Positions 39,556 through 48,651 of a stretch of 61,565 nt of DNA are shown in pieces. Origin of the DNA: a virus (lineage: Duplodnaviria > Caudoviricetes); IMG/VR virus record IMGVR_UViG_3300044941_000051, positions 1 to 61,565 of that record. One strand, 5' to 3'. Under the pieces are notes generated by a model that worked only from the letters and a program-made list of their open reading frames with translations, did no database searches and was not told where the DNA came from. The stretch's first letter is position 1, and every line of letters begins with the position of its first letter. The translations under genes and the position numbers were made by a program.

Positions 39556-39789
39556 TCAGTTGTCGTTGTCGAAGTCAAACTCGAGCTGTCCATTCTCGGG
39601 CAGCTCTTTGGGTTGGTCAAGCAGTGCTTGCTCGACTTTGGCAAGATCGAACCGGTAGGCACGGTCCATCTTGATGTAGCAGTTGCCGGGGATCGTGCCT
39701 TGCTTACACATCGCAAGGACGGTGCCCTGCGAAATGTTGAAGTACGCAGCCAGCTCTGACGTCTTCACGTATTTGGTTTGCGGGGTCAT
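39556..39789 (-). CDS. Excisionase-like HTH DNA-binding protein
   Basis: VKTSELAAYFNISQGTV...G.IP...YRFDL. Confidence 0.7.
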   Translation of the reverse strand: MTPQTKYVKTSELAAYFNISQGTVLAMCKQGTIPGNCYIKMDRAYRFDLAKVEQALLDQPKELPENGQLEFDFDNDN

Positions 39790-40181
39790 GCTTTTCTCAC
39801 GGTGATGGTGTACTCCGAGTCCACGTTCAGCCCCGGGGGCATCTGGTCGGGGTGGTCTTCCAGGTAGGACTTCACGGCACCCTGGTTCAGGCGCTTCTCG
39901 AGGAACTCGGGGAGCTCGTTGTCCAGGATGAACCGGTACATTGACTCCCAGTCGCTGGTCCAGTACCGCGTCTTCAGAGTGCGGTAGACCAGCCCGGCCG
40001 GGGTTCGGACGCTGTCGACACCCTGCTCCTTGCAGTAGTCCAGCAGGGCCGCCTTGATGACCGACATATCCGCATCGAGCCGCTTCTCCTGCTCATTGAA
40101 CTGGGCGATAAGCGCCGCCTTGGCGTCCCGGATCTTCACGTAGGTCTTGATCAGCTTCGTTAGGTCCATAGGTCTCTCCAC
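39786..40181 (-). CDS. Hypothetical replication-module protein
   Basis: Coiled coil, SVRTPAG, DWESMYRFI, PPGLN. Confidence 0.7.
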   Translation of the reverse strand: MERPMDLTKLIKTYVKIRDAKAALIAQFNEQEKRLDADMSVIKAALLDYCKEQGVDSVRTPAGLVYRTLKTRYWTSDWESMYRFILDNELPEFLEKRLNQGAVKSYLEDHPDQMPPGLNVDSEYTITVRKA

Positions 40182-40206
40182 TTATGTTTTGACACATCTA
40201 ACTCAG

Positions 40207-42633
40207 CTAGGCTTGTTTGTCAAGCTCGTTCTTATATAGCTTGATGATCTGCGTGTGGATGTCAATCTTATTATCTAGCAGCTCGTAGACACGTTTTTCT
40301 ACAGGCGACCCGACCAGCTGGAAGACGGTACAGCGGTTGGTCTGCCCCTTGCGGTGCACCCGCGCGTTGGCCTGCGCGTAGATCTCCAGCGACGGCACCG
40401 GGCCCCACCAGACGACGGTGTCGGCGGCGGTCAGCGTCACCCCGTGCGCTGCGGCCTGGGGCTGGATGATCAGCACCCGAGGGTCGGGTTCGGTCTGGAA
40501 CCGATGGAAGATCTGCGTGCGCTCCGAAGCCGGCACCTCGCCGCTGATGAGCTCGCATGTGTACCTGTCAGCGCGCAGGTTCTTGGCCACCAGCTTGATC
40601 GTGTGCCTGAACGGCACGAAGACAAGCACCTTCCGCGGGGCTTCCTGCAGCACCTCCAGGAGGGCGCTGTACCGGCCGGACACGTCGAACTCCAACGTGT
40701 TCTGGTTGTCGGTGTAGACCGATCCGCACGCAATCTGGATTAGCTTGTTCATTACCACAGCGGCGTTGGCTGCAGTGACGCTTTCGCCCGATGCCTCTAG
40801 CAGTGCTTGTTTGCGCAGCTTGTCGTAGTAGAATTTCTGCTGCTTGCTCATCGGCACGTCGCGGCGGACGTACACCATCTCCGGCAGATCGAGGCACTCC
40901 ATCTTGGAAAACCGGATCGCCGGCTGCAGTGCGTTGTGCACGGTGTCGACCGCTGTGTCTTTGACACCCCACTTGAACTGGGTGATCTTGTACATGACCA
41001 TGTCGCGGAACGCCGTGAACGTCGACGGCACGCCGCGCGGGTTGACCAGCTTTGCCAGCCCATATGCCTGCACCGGCCCCTGCGCTGCGGGAGTGCCTGT
41101 CATCATCCACAGCCAGGTTTCGGGTTGCAATATCGCGTTCAATGCGCGCCAGCGGGCGGTGTTCTTGTTGGAGTAATGGGAGCAGTTGTGGACTAGGTAT
41201 CCGGGCCCAACAAAGTAGTTAGGTGTTCCGTCAACTTCGAGGTTATAGACGTATTCTCCACTTCGTGGTTCCAGATAGACAACACTGTCCACCCAAGCTC
41301 CTGCAGCTTGGCGGTTTTCTTCGCATCCCGCTGTTGGCCAAGCGCAGTCCGATGCGATGATCCGTTCACCTCCAGACCTACTTTTTTCTTTGGCCATGCG
41401 AAGTCGAGCTTGTAGTTTGTAGGATAGCCCAGCTGCCGTCCCCCCAACGCTACTGGGAAGTTCCATACCCAGTTGGGGGGCAGCATCGGCATCAGTATAC
41501 TCTCTGAGGTCGTAGGCCCATGCCCGTTGCCCCCGCGCGTAACCGGACGATACCCAGCGGTCTTTGCTATCTCGGATAGTTTTTGTCGGGTTGCTTCTGA
41601 TTTCGGCACCCCCCTTTGGAGCTGGGAAGTCTCCCACCTCTGCTTTGCGGTGAGATTTCGAAGCGCTGATTGACCCGGATGTAGGGCATGCCATCTCTTC
41701 CGACCGCAAGATTTCGAGCAAGTCATCCCGACTTGCGTGCCACGCCTTCTCCAGAAATTCCACGCCGACGTTCTTTGTCGGTACTCTTTTGCGCAGATAC
41801 CGCAGATCATGTGTAGAAATGAGCCGTCGACCCGCAAGATTTCTGGCGCATACCCAACCCCAATCAGTGAAGAACGGATGTTCTGGAGTGCATCGGATGA
41901 CGTCACCATTTTTTAGTCGCACCTCCACCAGGCTTGTTGGGACTGATTTCGTCGTAGCTTTAATAGTACGAACTCCAGCAGAAGTAAGAACGCGGTCTCC
42001 TGCGACAAGGGTTTCTATTTTTCGGGGGCCTTCGGGGGTGTGGACCTCGGTCCCAGCCACAAAACACTCGTCGACGATCACCAGATCGAAGCCGCCCTCG
42101 ACCAGCTCCTTCTTCACCACTCCGACGCCGTCGTAGTTGATGATGATGAACTGCGCGCCGTTGGCGATGACCTTCCGGCGCTTTTCGGCGGTGCCGTAGG
42201 CAACGTCGACTGTGCGGTGCATGGCTACGGAGAATAGGTCACTCCGCCATGCCGCGTCCATGATCGACACGGGGCACACAATGAGTACGCGCTTTACCGC
42301 TCCGATGGAAAGCAGATAGTCCGCAGCCCAAATTGCGCTGGCGCTTTTCCCCGTCCCTTGCTCGTTAAAGCAAAAACACCTTTTGTGCAGAGTGAGAAAC
42401 GCGGCAGTTGCCCGCTGATGGGCCATAGGGCGGAACCGCCCCGGCCAGCCGTAGTTCTTCTCAATCGGGGATGGTGCAGGCAGGCTGAGCTTACGCAGGG
42501 CTTGCGCCTGCGGCAGGGCCCAGCGCACGGCAACGGTGTGTTCGTCTAGAGCCTTGGCGTCAGGCACGGCTGCCAGAACCCGCGCGGGGTTCTTCAGGCG
42601 CAGCAAGAGCGCCTTGTTCTCGATGATCTGCAT
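40207..42633 (-). CDS. SNF2/DEAH-family helicase, intein-containing
   Basis: EQGTGKS motif I, VIVDE|CSH motif II split by an intein, MTGTP motif III, QANARVHRKGQ motif VI. Confidence 0.9.
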   Translation of the reverse strand: MQIIENKALLLRLKNPARVLAAVPDAKALDEHTVAVRWALPQAQALRKLSLPAPSPIEKNYGWPGRFRPMAHQRATAAFLTLHKRCFCFNEQGTGKSASAIWAADYLLSIGAVKRVLIVCPVSIMDAAWRSDLFSVAMHRTVDVAYGTAEKRRKVIANGAQFIIINYDGVGVVKKELVEGGFDLVIVDECFVAGTEVHTPEGPRKIETLVAGDRVLTSAGVRTIKATTKSVPTSLVEVRLKNGDVIRCTPEHPFFTDWGWVCARNLAGRRLISTHDLRYLRKRVPTKNVGVEFLEKAWHASRDDLLEILRSEEMACPTSGSISASKSHRKAEVGDFPAPKGGAEIRSNPTKTIRDSKDRWVSSGYARGQRAWAYDLREYTDADAAPQLGMELPSSVGGTAAGLSYKLQARLRMAKEKSRSGGERIIASDCAWPTAGCEENRQAAGAWVDSVVYLEPRSGEYVYNLEVDGTPNYFVGPGYLVHNCSHYSNKNTARWRALNAILQPETWLWMMTGTPAAQGPVQAYGLAKLVNPRGVPSTFTAFRDMVMYKITQFKWGVKDTAVDTVHNALQPAIRFSKMECLDLPEMVYVRRDVPMSKQQKFYYDKLRKQALLEASGESVTAANAAVVMNKLIQIACGSVYTDNQNTLEFDVSGRYSALLEVLQEAPRKVLVFVPFRHTIKLVAKNLRADRYTCELISGEVPASERTQIFHRFQTEPDPRVLIIQPQAAAHGVTLTAADTVVWWGPVPSLEIYAQANARVHRKGQTNRCTVFQLVGSPVEKRVYELLDNKIDIHTQIIKLYKNELDKQA
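41185..42066 (-). mobile_element. Intein (294 aa) in helicase motif II
   Basis: Starts CFVAGTEV, block B CTPEHPF, block F VYNLEVDGTPNYFV, ends LVHN followed by Cys. Confidence 0.92.
41193..41909 (-). CDS. Vsr/DUF559-like endonuclease nested out of frame inside the intein
   Basis: CxxC/CSxxC, NUMOD3-like KSEATRQKLSE, YKLDFAW..KVGLEVNGSSH..RDAKK..LQELGWTVLSIWN; GGAGGT 11 nt upstream of the ATG. Confidence 0.8.
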   Translation of the reverse strand: MVTSSDALQNIRSSLIGVGYAPEILRVDGSFLHMICGICAKEYRQRTSAWNFWRRRGTQVGMTCSKSCGRKRWHALHPGQSALRNLTAKQRWETSQLQRGVPKSEATRQKLSEIAKTAGYRPVTRGGNGHGPTTSESILMPMLPPNWVWNFPVALGGRQLGYPTNYKLDFAWPKKKVGLEVNGSSHRTALGQQRDAKKTAKLQELGWTVLSIWNHEVENTSITSKLTEHLTTLLGPDT

Positions 42634-42637
42634 CGGC

Positions 42638-42907
42638 TCACTTCTTCGGGGGTTTGCTCATTCGGCCGCCAGCGGCACGGTTCTTGCTCGGAGACTGCAG
42701 GCGGACACCGTCGGCGTTAGACCCGCCTCGGGCCAGCGGCTTGTTGTGCGCGAGGTCCTTGCCGGCGCGAGCGCTGCGGCCGTTCTTCTTGTCGAAGGCG
42801 TCGCGGGCCCGCTCCCGCTCCTTGCGGGCGTCATGCTCACCGCGAGCGATCTGCAGGCGGTATTCTCTCTTGTAGTTCCGGTCGCGTTCGGGGTTCTTGT
42901 AGGGCAT
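42638..42907 (-). CDS. Small HNH-like basic protein
   Basis: GKDLAHNKPLARGGSN...SKNRA. Confidence 0.65.
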   Translation of the reverse strand: MPYKNPERDRNYKREYRLQIARGEHDARKERERARDAFDKKNGRSARAGKDLAHNKPLARGGSNADGVRLQSPSKNRAAGGRMSKPPKK

Positions 42908-43578
42908 CAGTTGTCACCATGGTGGGGGCACTCCGTCACCGGGCAGTGCCGTTTGCACAGGCCGCTCGGCTTCGGGTTCCACACGCCGGTCGAGAAGGCC
43001 GCTGCCATCTTATCATAGTCGGCGAGCCACTTCTGCCACATTTCCTTGGTCTCGCTGCGGGTGTACTCGGCCTTGGTGAGGTTCCTGGCGATGACGAAGA
43101 AGAGCCCCGCCTTGATGTGCTTCAGCTGCGGGAAGTGCCGGAACATGGCCATAGCCATCAGCTCCAGCTGCCCCTTGTCCGCGTACCTGGCGCTGGCGCC
43201 GCTCTTGTAATCCACGATCCGGGCGCGGTCCCCGTCGATGATCGCGAGGTCCACGATGCCACGGAACCAGACATCGGGCGCGTCGAATGCGCAAGGCTCC
43301 AGTCGGTCCGTCAGACCGAGCCTATACTCGCAGAGCTTCTCGCCAGGCAGTGCCGCCAGCCACTCGAGCGCCGCTTGCGCGAAGGCAAACTCGGGCGGCA
43401 GCGGGGCGCCGTCTCGGATGAATTGCTCCGCTGCCAGATGAAAAGCCGTCCCGTACCGGGTCGCCTCGGTCTCCCGGAATGGGAACTGCTTGAGCACGTT
43501 CACGTGGTAGAACTGTTTGGGACAAGTCTGGAAAGCCTTGATACGGCTGAAAGACCACGGAGCCGGGCTATGTGTCAT
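42907..43578 (-). CDS. Cas4-like PD-(D/E)XK exonuclease
   Basis: WSFS..CPKQF, GTAFH, RGIVDL..IVDYKSG, QLELMA, C-terminal CxxxCPxxxC. Confidence 0.85.
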   Translation of the reverse strand: MTHSPAPWSFSRIKAFQTCPKQFYHVNVLKQFPFRETEATRYGTAFHLAAEQFIRDGAPLPPEFAFAQAALEWLAALPGEKLCEYRLGLTDRLEPCAFDAPDVWFRGIVDLAIIDGDRARIVDYKSGASARYADKGQLELMAMAMFRHFPQLKHIKAGLFFVIARNLTKAEYTRSETKEMWQKWLADYDKMAAAFSTGVWNPKPSGLCKRHCPVTECPHHGDN

Positions 43579-45413
43579 TCGCACCCACCATAGGTTTTGC
43601 CTACCCCCGACTCGCAGTTGACCGGCAGCCCTGTCGCCCAGGCTGGCGTCCAGCGCATGCAGTCCTCGATGTACCGCCGCGCCTCGTCCACCTCGGCTTC
43701 CGGGACGCAGGATATCACGCTGTCATGAACAGTCAAGACCACTTTGTATCGTTTAGCTATCTTTAGCATCTGCTCGGCCACAATGCAGCGCGCAAGGGCC
43801 TGAACGCAGTTTTCGACACATTTGCCGCCGTATATACGGGTTGGACCTTCCCGAGTGTCGTAGACATACTCGTAGCCCTTTTCGCCCTCTTGCGCCCGCA
43901 AGTTATCGTAGAGGATCGGCAGGCCGCTCGGTAAGATAATCCCGCCCCGTCTGGGGTCGACGTCGACCACACCGGGCCTACCGAGCTGGATGCTGTCGCC
44001 CAGCACCATGTGCTTCAACGCAAGCTGCGCCTGCTTCCACAGCTCGACGATCTTGTCGTTGGTGCGCCGGTACACGTCGATGATGCGACGTGCCTCGTCG
44101 ATGTCGACCTCAACCGGAGGAAACCCGGTCTTGAGATAAGTCTGGAACTTCGCGGCGCCCATACCGTAACCGCACCCGAGCACGGCGGTCTTACCGACGT
44201 GCCGCTGCGACTTGTCCACGCTGGTGATCGGTATGCCGTAGATGGACACTGCCATCTTTTTGTACACATCTTCACGCTTGGCGAACGCCTCGACAAGATC
44301 GTCCTGCCCCGCCCACCAGGCAAGCACCCGGGCTTCGATTTGGCTTGAGTCGCAGTCGATAAGCATGTAGCCTTCTGGTGCGACTATGGCGTTCTTGATT
44401 TGTTTGGCGTTGGGTCCGCGTGACGGTAAATTCTGGAGGTTAATGAACTCAGTTCCACCCCACCGCCCAGTGTGTGCCGCGTAATATCGAAGCGGGATCG
44501 GAAGCGTTCCCCGACTACCTATGTCAATAAACCGCTGCGTGCGCGTCTCTTCGATTGTCGTCTTGTTTCCCAGCCGTGCCTCGACAAGAGCCTGCACCGC
44601 CAGTGACTCATGCTCCCGTAGCGCCAAAAACTCCTCGTCGGTCTTGGCGAACGCATAGGCCGGCTTGCCCGTGCGAGCGCTCATCTTCACGGGCGGCGTA
44701 ACTCCCTGCGCCTCGAGCATCGTGGCGAACTTCGGGTTGGACATCAGATCGGCCTTGTCGGCGACGCCGGCGTCCACCAGCAGCTGCGCCTTGGCCCGCA
44801 TGGTGTTCAGCAGGTGCCCTTCGAGATGAGGCACATCCAGCTGCAGCACGGGGTCCGTGAACATCCGCAGGGTCAGGTCGATCAGCCGAAGCTCCTGCTG
44901 CGGGAACCCAGCTGCCATCATGCGGTTGAAAATCTCCCACGTCAGGTCCGCGTCCTTGACGCAATAAGCGCCGTAGAGCGCGAGATCCTCGGGCGTGAAA
45001 TCCCCCCGGCGCTTGCCGACGGCCCGGGCTACCTCGGTGCCCTTCTCCCCAACACCGTAGCGCTCGGCGACAGCAGCCAGGCTGTGGCGTGCGTTCACCC
45101 CGTGCAGTGCCCGGGACATGCACATGGTGTCCAGCAGGCGCGCAGGCTTGATGCCACAGCGCCAGGACAGGATGGCACCGTCGAACATGGTGTTGTGAGA
45201 CAGCAGCGCGCTGCGGCTCCAGTCGAACTGACGCAGGAACTCCAGCGTAGCCTTGGCGGGCCCGGAGAACCACTGCGTCGGCTGGTCGTTGACCTTGGCG
45301 GCTACCCCGATAACCTGAAACTCAGGGCTGCGGATATACTCTTCTGTCGTCAGCTTGGACAGGCTGTAGGTCTTTGAGTAGTAGGTTTCGAAGTCTAGGG
45401 TGATGATGTTCAT
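43575..45413 (-). CDS. polA: DNA polymerase family A with 3'-5' exonuclease
   Basis: LDFET exo I; DSSQIEAR motif A; KTAVLGCGYG motif B; TVHDS motif C. Confidence 0.92.
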   Translation of the reverse strand: MNIITLDFETYYSKTYSLSKLTTEEYIRSPEFQVIGVAAKVNDQPTQWFSGPAKATLEFLRQFDWSRSALLSHNTMFDGAILSWRCGIKPARLLDTMCMSRALHGVNARHSLAAVAERYGVGEKGTEVARAVGKRRGDFTPEDLALYGAYCVKDADLTWEIFNRMMAAGFPQQELRLIDLTLRMFTDPVLQLDVPHLEGHLLNTMRAKAQLLVDAGVADKADLMSNPKFATMLEAQGVTPPVKMSARTGKPAYAFAKTDEEFLALREHESLAVQALVEARLGNKTTIEETRTQRFIDIGSRGTLPIPLRYYAAHTGRWGGTEFINLQNLPSRGPNAKQIKNAIVAPEGYMLIDCDSSQIEARVLAWWAGQDDLVEAFAKREDVYKKMAVSIYGIPITSVDKSQRHVGKTAVLGCGYGMGAAKFQTYLKTGFPPVEVDIDEARRIIDVYRRTNDKIVELWKQAQLALKHMVLGDSIQLGRPGVVDVDPRRGGIILPSGLPILYDNLRAQEGEKGYEYVYDTREGPTRIYGGKCVENCVQALARCIVAEQMLKIAKRYKVVLTVHDSVISCVPEAEVDEARRYIEDCMRWTPAWATGLPVNCESGVGKTYGGCE

Positions 45414-45480
45414 CAGAGTCTGCCCCTAGCTACCAGTTCCCGATGGCCTCGACTGCCGCGGTTTGCGCCGGGCTCATGGC

Positions 45481-45915
45481 TCATCCCCGCTCTTCCTGCA
45501 TACGGCACTCGCCTGCGATAGCCTGGTAGGTGCCGGAGTCGACGTAGTTGTCCGGGTGGTAGGCACCGTAGAACGTGCGCGTCATCTTAACGAGGGTCAT
45601 GAAGTGAGCGACATCCTCGGCAGTGAACCGAAAGGTTTCCGGCAGCTGAAACTTTGCTGACATGTACGCGCTCCAGAGCTGGGCACAGGCGTCGAGGTTG
45701 TCGTAGGGGTCTCCGTAGGTCTTGTTGCGGTCGCCCGAGGTCAGAGCGACGCCCTGCTTGAGCAGCCGCACCCGCTCCGGCTCGGCGCTGCCGGACTTGG
45801 CGAGGATCTTCGCGACTGTGCCCTCAGCGATGTCGAGCTCGGTCGCGATTGTCTGGGCGTTCCACTCGGGGTTCTTGACCTTTGCGGCCCACACGAGTTC
45901 TTCAGTCCTGGTCAT
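45481..45915 (-). CDS. HTH plus DUF6378-like domain protein
   Basis: GDRNKTYGDP..N...LWSAY, DVAHFM..VK..R, DNYVD..Y. Confidence 0.7.
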   Translation of the reverse strand: MTRTEELVWAAKVKNPEWNAQTIATELDIAEGTVAKILAKSGSAEPERVRLLKQGVALTSGDRNKTYGDPYDNLDACAQLWSAYMSAKFQLPETFRFTAEDVAHFMTLVKMTRTFYGAYHPDNYVDSGTYQAIAGECRMQEERG

Positions 45916-46081
45916 TCTTCTTCCCCATGCGTTTAAGTTTGGCCTCAAGTTTTCTTGACCCATTAAACTGGCCTTTAGCCAGCCAACGCCACACGGTGAT
46001 ACGATGCACGCCGAAATGTTCGGCAGCGGCCCGAACAGACGGAAACGCTATGCCTCGGATGACAACGGGGGTAGGGGTCAT
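45902..46081 (-). CDS. Small NUMOD1-like HTH protein
   Basis: PVVIRGIAFPSVRAAAEHFGV. Confidence 0.6.
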   Translation of the reverse strand: MTPTPVVIRGIAFPSVRAAAEHFGVHRITVWRWLAKGQFNGSRKLEAKLKRMGKKNDQD

Positions 46082-46151
46082 TTTGTAGGTTTCGGGAATG
46101 GTAGCGTTGGCGTCGGCGCGGGCGGTGGCGCTGGCGCCGGCGAAGGCGGTG

Positions 46152-46388
46152 TTATTCTGTAAGCTCCAAAGCGCCACGGATAGCGCGAGATGCGGCGCGG
46201 GCAAAGTCGTTTAGAGAAACGTCCATGTCGTCCACGTCGTCCATTGCGCCCCACAGGAAGTCGGGATCACTGGCCTCGAGAAGCGCATGGCGCAGGCGGG
46301 CGAGTTCGGCCTCTAACGCAGCTATGCGGGCCTCATATTCAGCGCGAATACGGGCGATCTGTGTAGGCCATGAAATGTCGTCATCCAT
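46152..46388 (-). CDS. Hypothetical protein
   Basis: Coiled-coil ORF in operon. Confidence 0.55.
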   Translation of the reverse strand: MDDDISWPTQIARIRAEYEARIAALEAELARLRHALLEASDPDFLWGAMDDVDDMDVSLNDFARAASRAIRGALELTE

Positions 46389-46767
46389 TTGCGCGGTCCT
46401 TCTCAAAAGCGGCGAGGGCGGCGTCGATCTGGTAACAGAGGCCCATGTCGTGCCGATACTTTTTTTCGATGTGCAAATACTGCGAGCGCTGCGGTTCGGG
46501 CCAATCTCTGGCTACGTATAAAGCAAGATCAAGCCGTGCCGCTTTCAACAATTCCACCAGCGCCTGCACCCTCGGATCGTCCAAAGGGTCGGGCGCGGCA
46601 ACGGGCAGGGCACGGATGGCCTCTTGCGCCTCGTCGATGGCCAGGTCGTATCCTTCGCCAGCGTCCTCGGCGTCGGACCTGGGGATGTCGCGCCTGCGCA
46701 GGTCGCCAACTGCTTTCGCAGCCGCCACGCGCATCTCAGCGGCGGTGGTGATGGTCTTGTCAGTCAC
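46381..46767 (-). CDS. Hypothetical protein
   Basis: 128 aa, GGAGG RBS. Confidence 0.6.
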   Translation of the reverse strand: MTDKTITTAAEMRVAAAKAVGDLRRRDIPRSDAEDAGEGYDLAIDEAQEAIRALPVAAPDPLDDPRVQALVELLKAARLDLALYVARDWPEPQRSQYLHIEKKYRHDMGLCYQIDAALAAFEKDRANG

Positions 46768-46877
46768 GGCATCATTCCTCCCCTAAGCGCGGCGTAAACC
46801 AGCGCGTTGATCATGTGACCCGCGACAAGGCAGGTCAGGGCGGTAGCAGCGGCAATCGCCAGGATGCGGCTAATCAT
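46764..46877 (-). CDS. Small hydrophobic peptide (37 aa)
   Basis: MISRILAIAAATALTCLVAG..., translated by eye; overlaps the next start. Confidence 0.4.
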   Translation of the reverse strand: MISRILAIAAATALTCLVAGHMINALVYAALRGGMMP

Positions 46878-46889
46878 TGCATGTGACCG

Positions 46890-47207
46890 TCACAGACAAG
46901 TGGTGTCGAGAAGGGCCAAAGAGTCGAGGTATCTGTCAACCCACCCCTGAGAGTATCGTGCCCGGCTGTATGCCTCTTCGATGTTTTTGATGTCCCGATG
47001 CGCCGCATCTCGCTGGCCTTTGTATATAGCGGCAATCTCAACTACGCGATTTTCTGCGTCTATCCAGCCATCCCGGATAAACCCGTCTATTAAGTCCGTA
47101 ACACTGTCACGGTGGAGAACCGCTGGGGGGCAGCGGTTTGCTGGCCCTCCTGTGTTTATCGTCATGTCGATATGTCTGGCGCTCACAGCTTGCTCCCTCC
47201 GCCCCAC
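46890..47207 (-). CDS. Hypothetical protein
   Basis: ORF fills the operon gap; start uncertain. Confidence 0.5.
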   Translation of the reverse strand: MGRREQAVSARHIDMTINTGGPANRCPPAVLHRDSVTDLIDGFIRDGWIDAENRVVEIAAIYKGQRDAAHRDIKNIEEAYSRARYSQGWVDRYLDSLALLDTTCL

Positions 47208-47232
47208 ATTATTTCACCGAATATGGGTTCCA

Positions 47233-47559
47233 TCACATTCCGCCTTCCTTGCGCAGCAGCTCCGGCGGGACGCCGTAGCCCTCGGCCAGAAGATCGAGGA
47301 TCGCGCCGTGGATCAGGCGCACGCTCTCAGCGTCGTGGCGGTTGATGATCGTCTTCGCAATGCCCAGTGCCTCAGCCTCCGTCAGGCTGCGCTTGCCGGC
47401 GCGAAACCGCTTCGCCGCCTCGGCCAGCTTGTCCAGATCGGCGCGCTGGGTGGGCGCAGGGGCGGGGACGGGACCGGGGTGTTCTTGAGCGCGCTGGGCG
47501 GCGCGGCGCATACCAGCAGCGGCAAGGGCGATGGCCCAAGGGCGAGGGGTAATGGTCAT
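47233..47559 (-). CDS. Hypothetical protein
   Basis: ATG 47559 with AAGGAG RBS. Confidence 0.6.
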   Translation of the reverse strand: MTITPRPWAIALAAAGMRRAAQRAQEHPGPVPAPAPTQRADLDKLAEAAKRFRAGKRSLTEAEALGIAKTIINRHDAESVRLIHGAILDLLAEGYGVPPELLRKEGGM

Positions 47560-47801
47560 TTCGGCGTCTCCTTGTTGCCGTGGCATTTGGATACTCGCAG
47601 CGCCCACTCGACGCCATCAACAAAGGCAAGTGCCGCCTCGGTCGTGGGTTGTGTGAAAAAGAAATGCAATACCAATCCAAACCGTTCGATGATGGGTTTT
47701 GGCGGATAGACTGCAAGGCCGTCACGGTGAAAGTCGAACGACCAGCCGTCTTCCTCCTTTTCGGAAAGGCGGCGGTGAATTTCCAGCGAGCTCATAGGCA
47801 T
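47556..47801 (-). CDS. Hypothetical protein
   Basis: Coupled ORF with AAGGAG RBS. Confidence 0.55.
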   Translation of the reverse strand: MPMSSLEIHRRLSEKEEDGWSFDFHRDGLAVYPPKPIIERFGLVLHFFFTQPTTEAALAFVDGVEWALRVSKCHGNKETPK

Positions 47802-48487
47802 TACTGCGTCTCCTTCATCGGGGTAGCGTTGATCTGTGCGACGAACATGGCTCCGCGTTTCGGGTCGGGATAATTGGGGCTTGACCAGTGGGCGATGGCC
47901 TCATCTCGAGTAAAGCTGAGGTAGCCTGAGAAGAACATGTCATCCGCAGGACGATGGAACAAGATCCGCCCTTGCGGGTCTTGCCAGCCTAGTCCGGGGC
48001 AGTTTTCCAGAGAGATGCGGGCCGCCTTGGGCAAGTCCAGCGCCGTGAGGCTCGTGCAGTATTGCAAATGAACGCGGGTTGCGGCGGGCAGGTAAAGCGC
48101 CGCGAGGCCCGTGCAGCCCCGCATCTCAACGTGGGTCGCTGTGGGCAGGTCAACCGTCGTGAGGCTGTCGCAGTATTGCACATCAACGCGGGTTGCGACG
48201 GGCAGGTAAAGCGCCGTGAGGCTCAGGCAGTAGTGCACAAAAGCGCGGGTTGCGGCGGGCAGGTCAATCGTCGTGAGGCTCAGGCAGGCCCGCACCTCAA
48301 CGTAGGTCGCTGTGGGCAGGTCAATCGTCGTGAGGCCGGGGCAGGAACACAAGTCAACACGGGTCGCTTTGGGCAGGTAAAGCGCCGTGAGGCCGGGGCA
48401 GGACCACACCTCAACGTGGGTCGCTGTGGGTAAAAGGTGCCGCTTGGCTGCGTATTCGATATCAGAGCGGATGGTCACGATAGTCAT
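47801..48487 (-). CDS. Leucine-rich-repeat-like protein (21-aa repeats)
   Basis: About 7 repeats of LPxATxVxVxxCxxLTx(L/I)(D/Y), 63-bp DNA period. Confidence 0.8.
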   Translation of the reverse strand: MTIVTIRSDIEYAAKRHLLPTATHVEVWSCPGLTALYLPKATRVDLCSCPGLTTIDLPTATYVEVRACLSLTTIDLPAATRAFVHYCLSLTALYLPVATRVDVQYCDSLTTVDLPTATHVEMRGCTGLAALYLPAATRVHLQYCTSLTALDLPKAARISLENCPGLGWQDPQGRILFHRPADDMFFSGYLSFTRDEAIAHWSSPNYPDPKRGAMFVAQINATPMKETQ

Positions 48488-48651
48488 TCTTCGGCCTCCT
48501 TCATCGGGGGTTCATCGACGTGGCGCAGGTCGCCACGGCGCACCATGTGGGCAAGCTCGATCAAGTCGCTCGCGGGCAGTTGCTCGACCTGAAATGCGAA
48601 CGTCAGGTTGCGGATGCGCTCCAGCAGCGCGATGTCGTCAGCGGACGCCAT
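48484..48651 (-). CDS. Hypothetical protein (55 aa)
   Basis: MASADDIALLERIRNL..., translated by eye; coupled at both ends. Confidence 0.55.
   Translation of the reverse strand: MASADDIALLERIRNLTFAFQVEQLPASDLIELAHMVRRGDLRHVDEPPMKEAEE

Noticed and set aside
45481-45915. Z-base (2-aminoadenine) or other base-modification pathway
   Set aside because: No purZ or other modification enzymes recognised nearby
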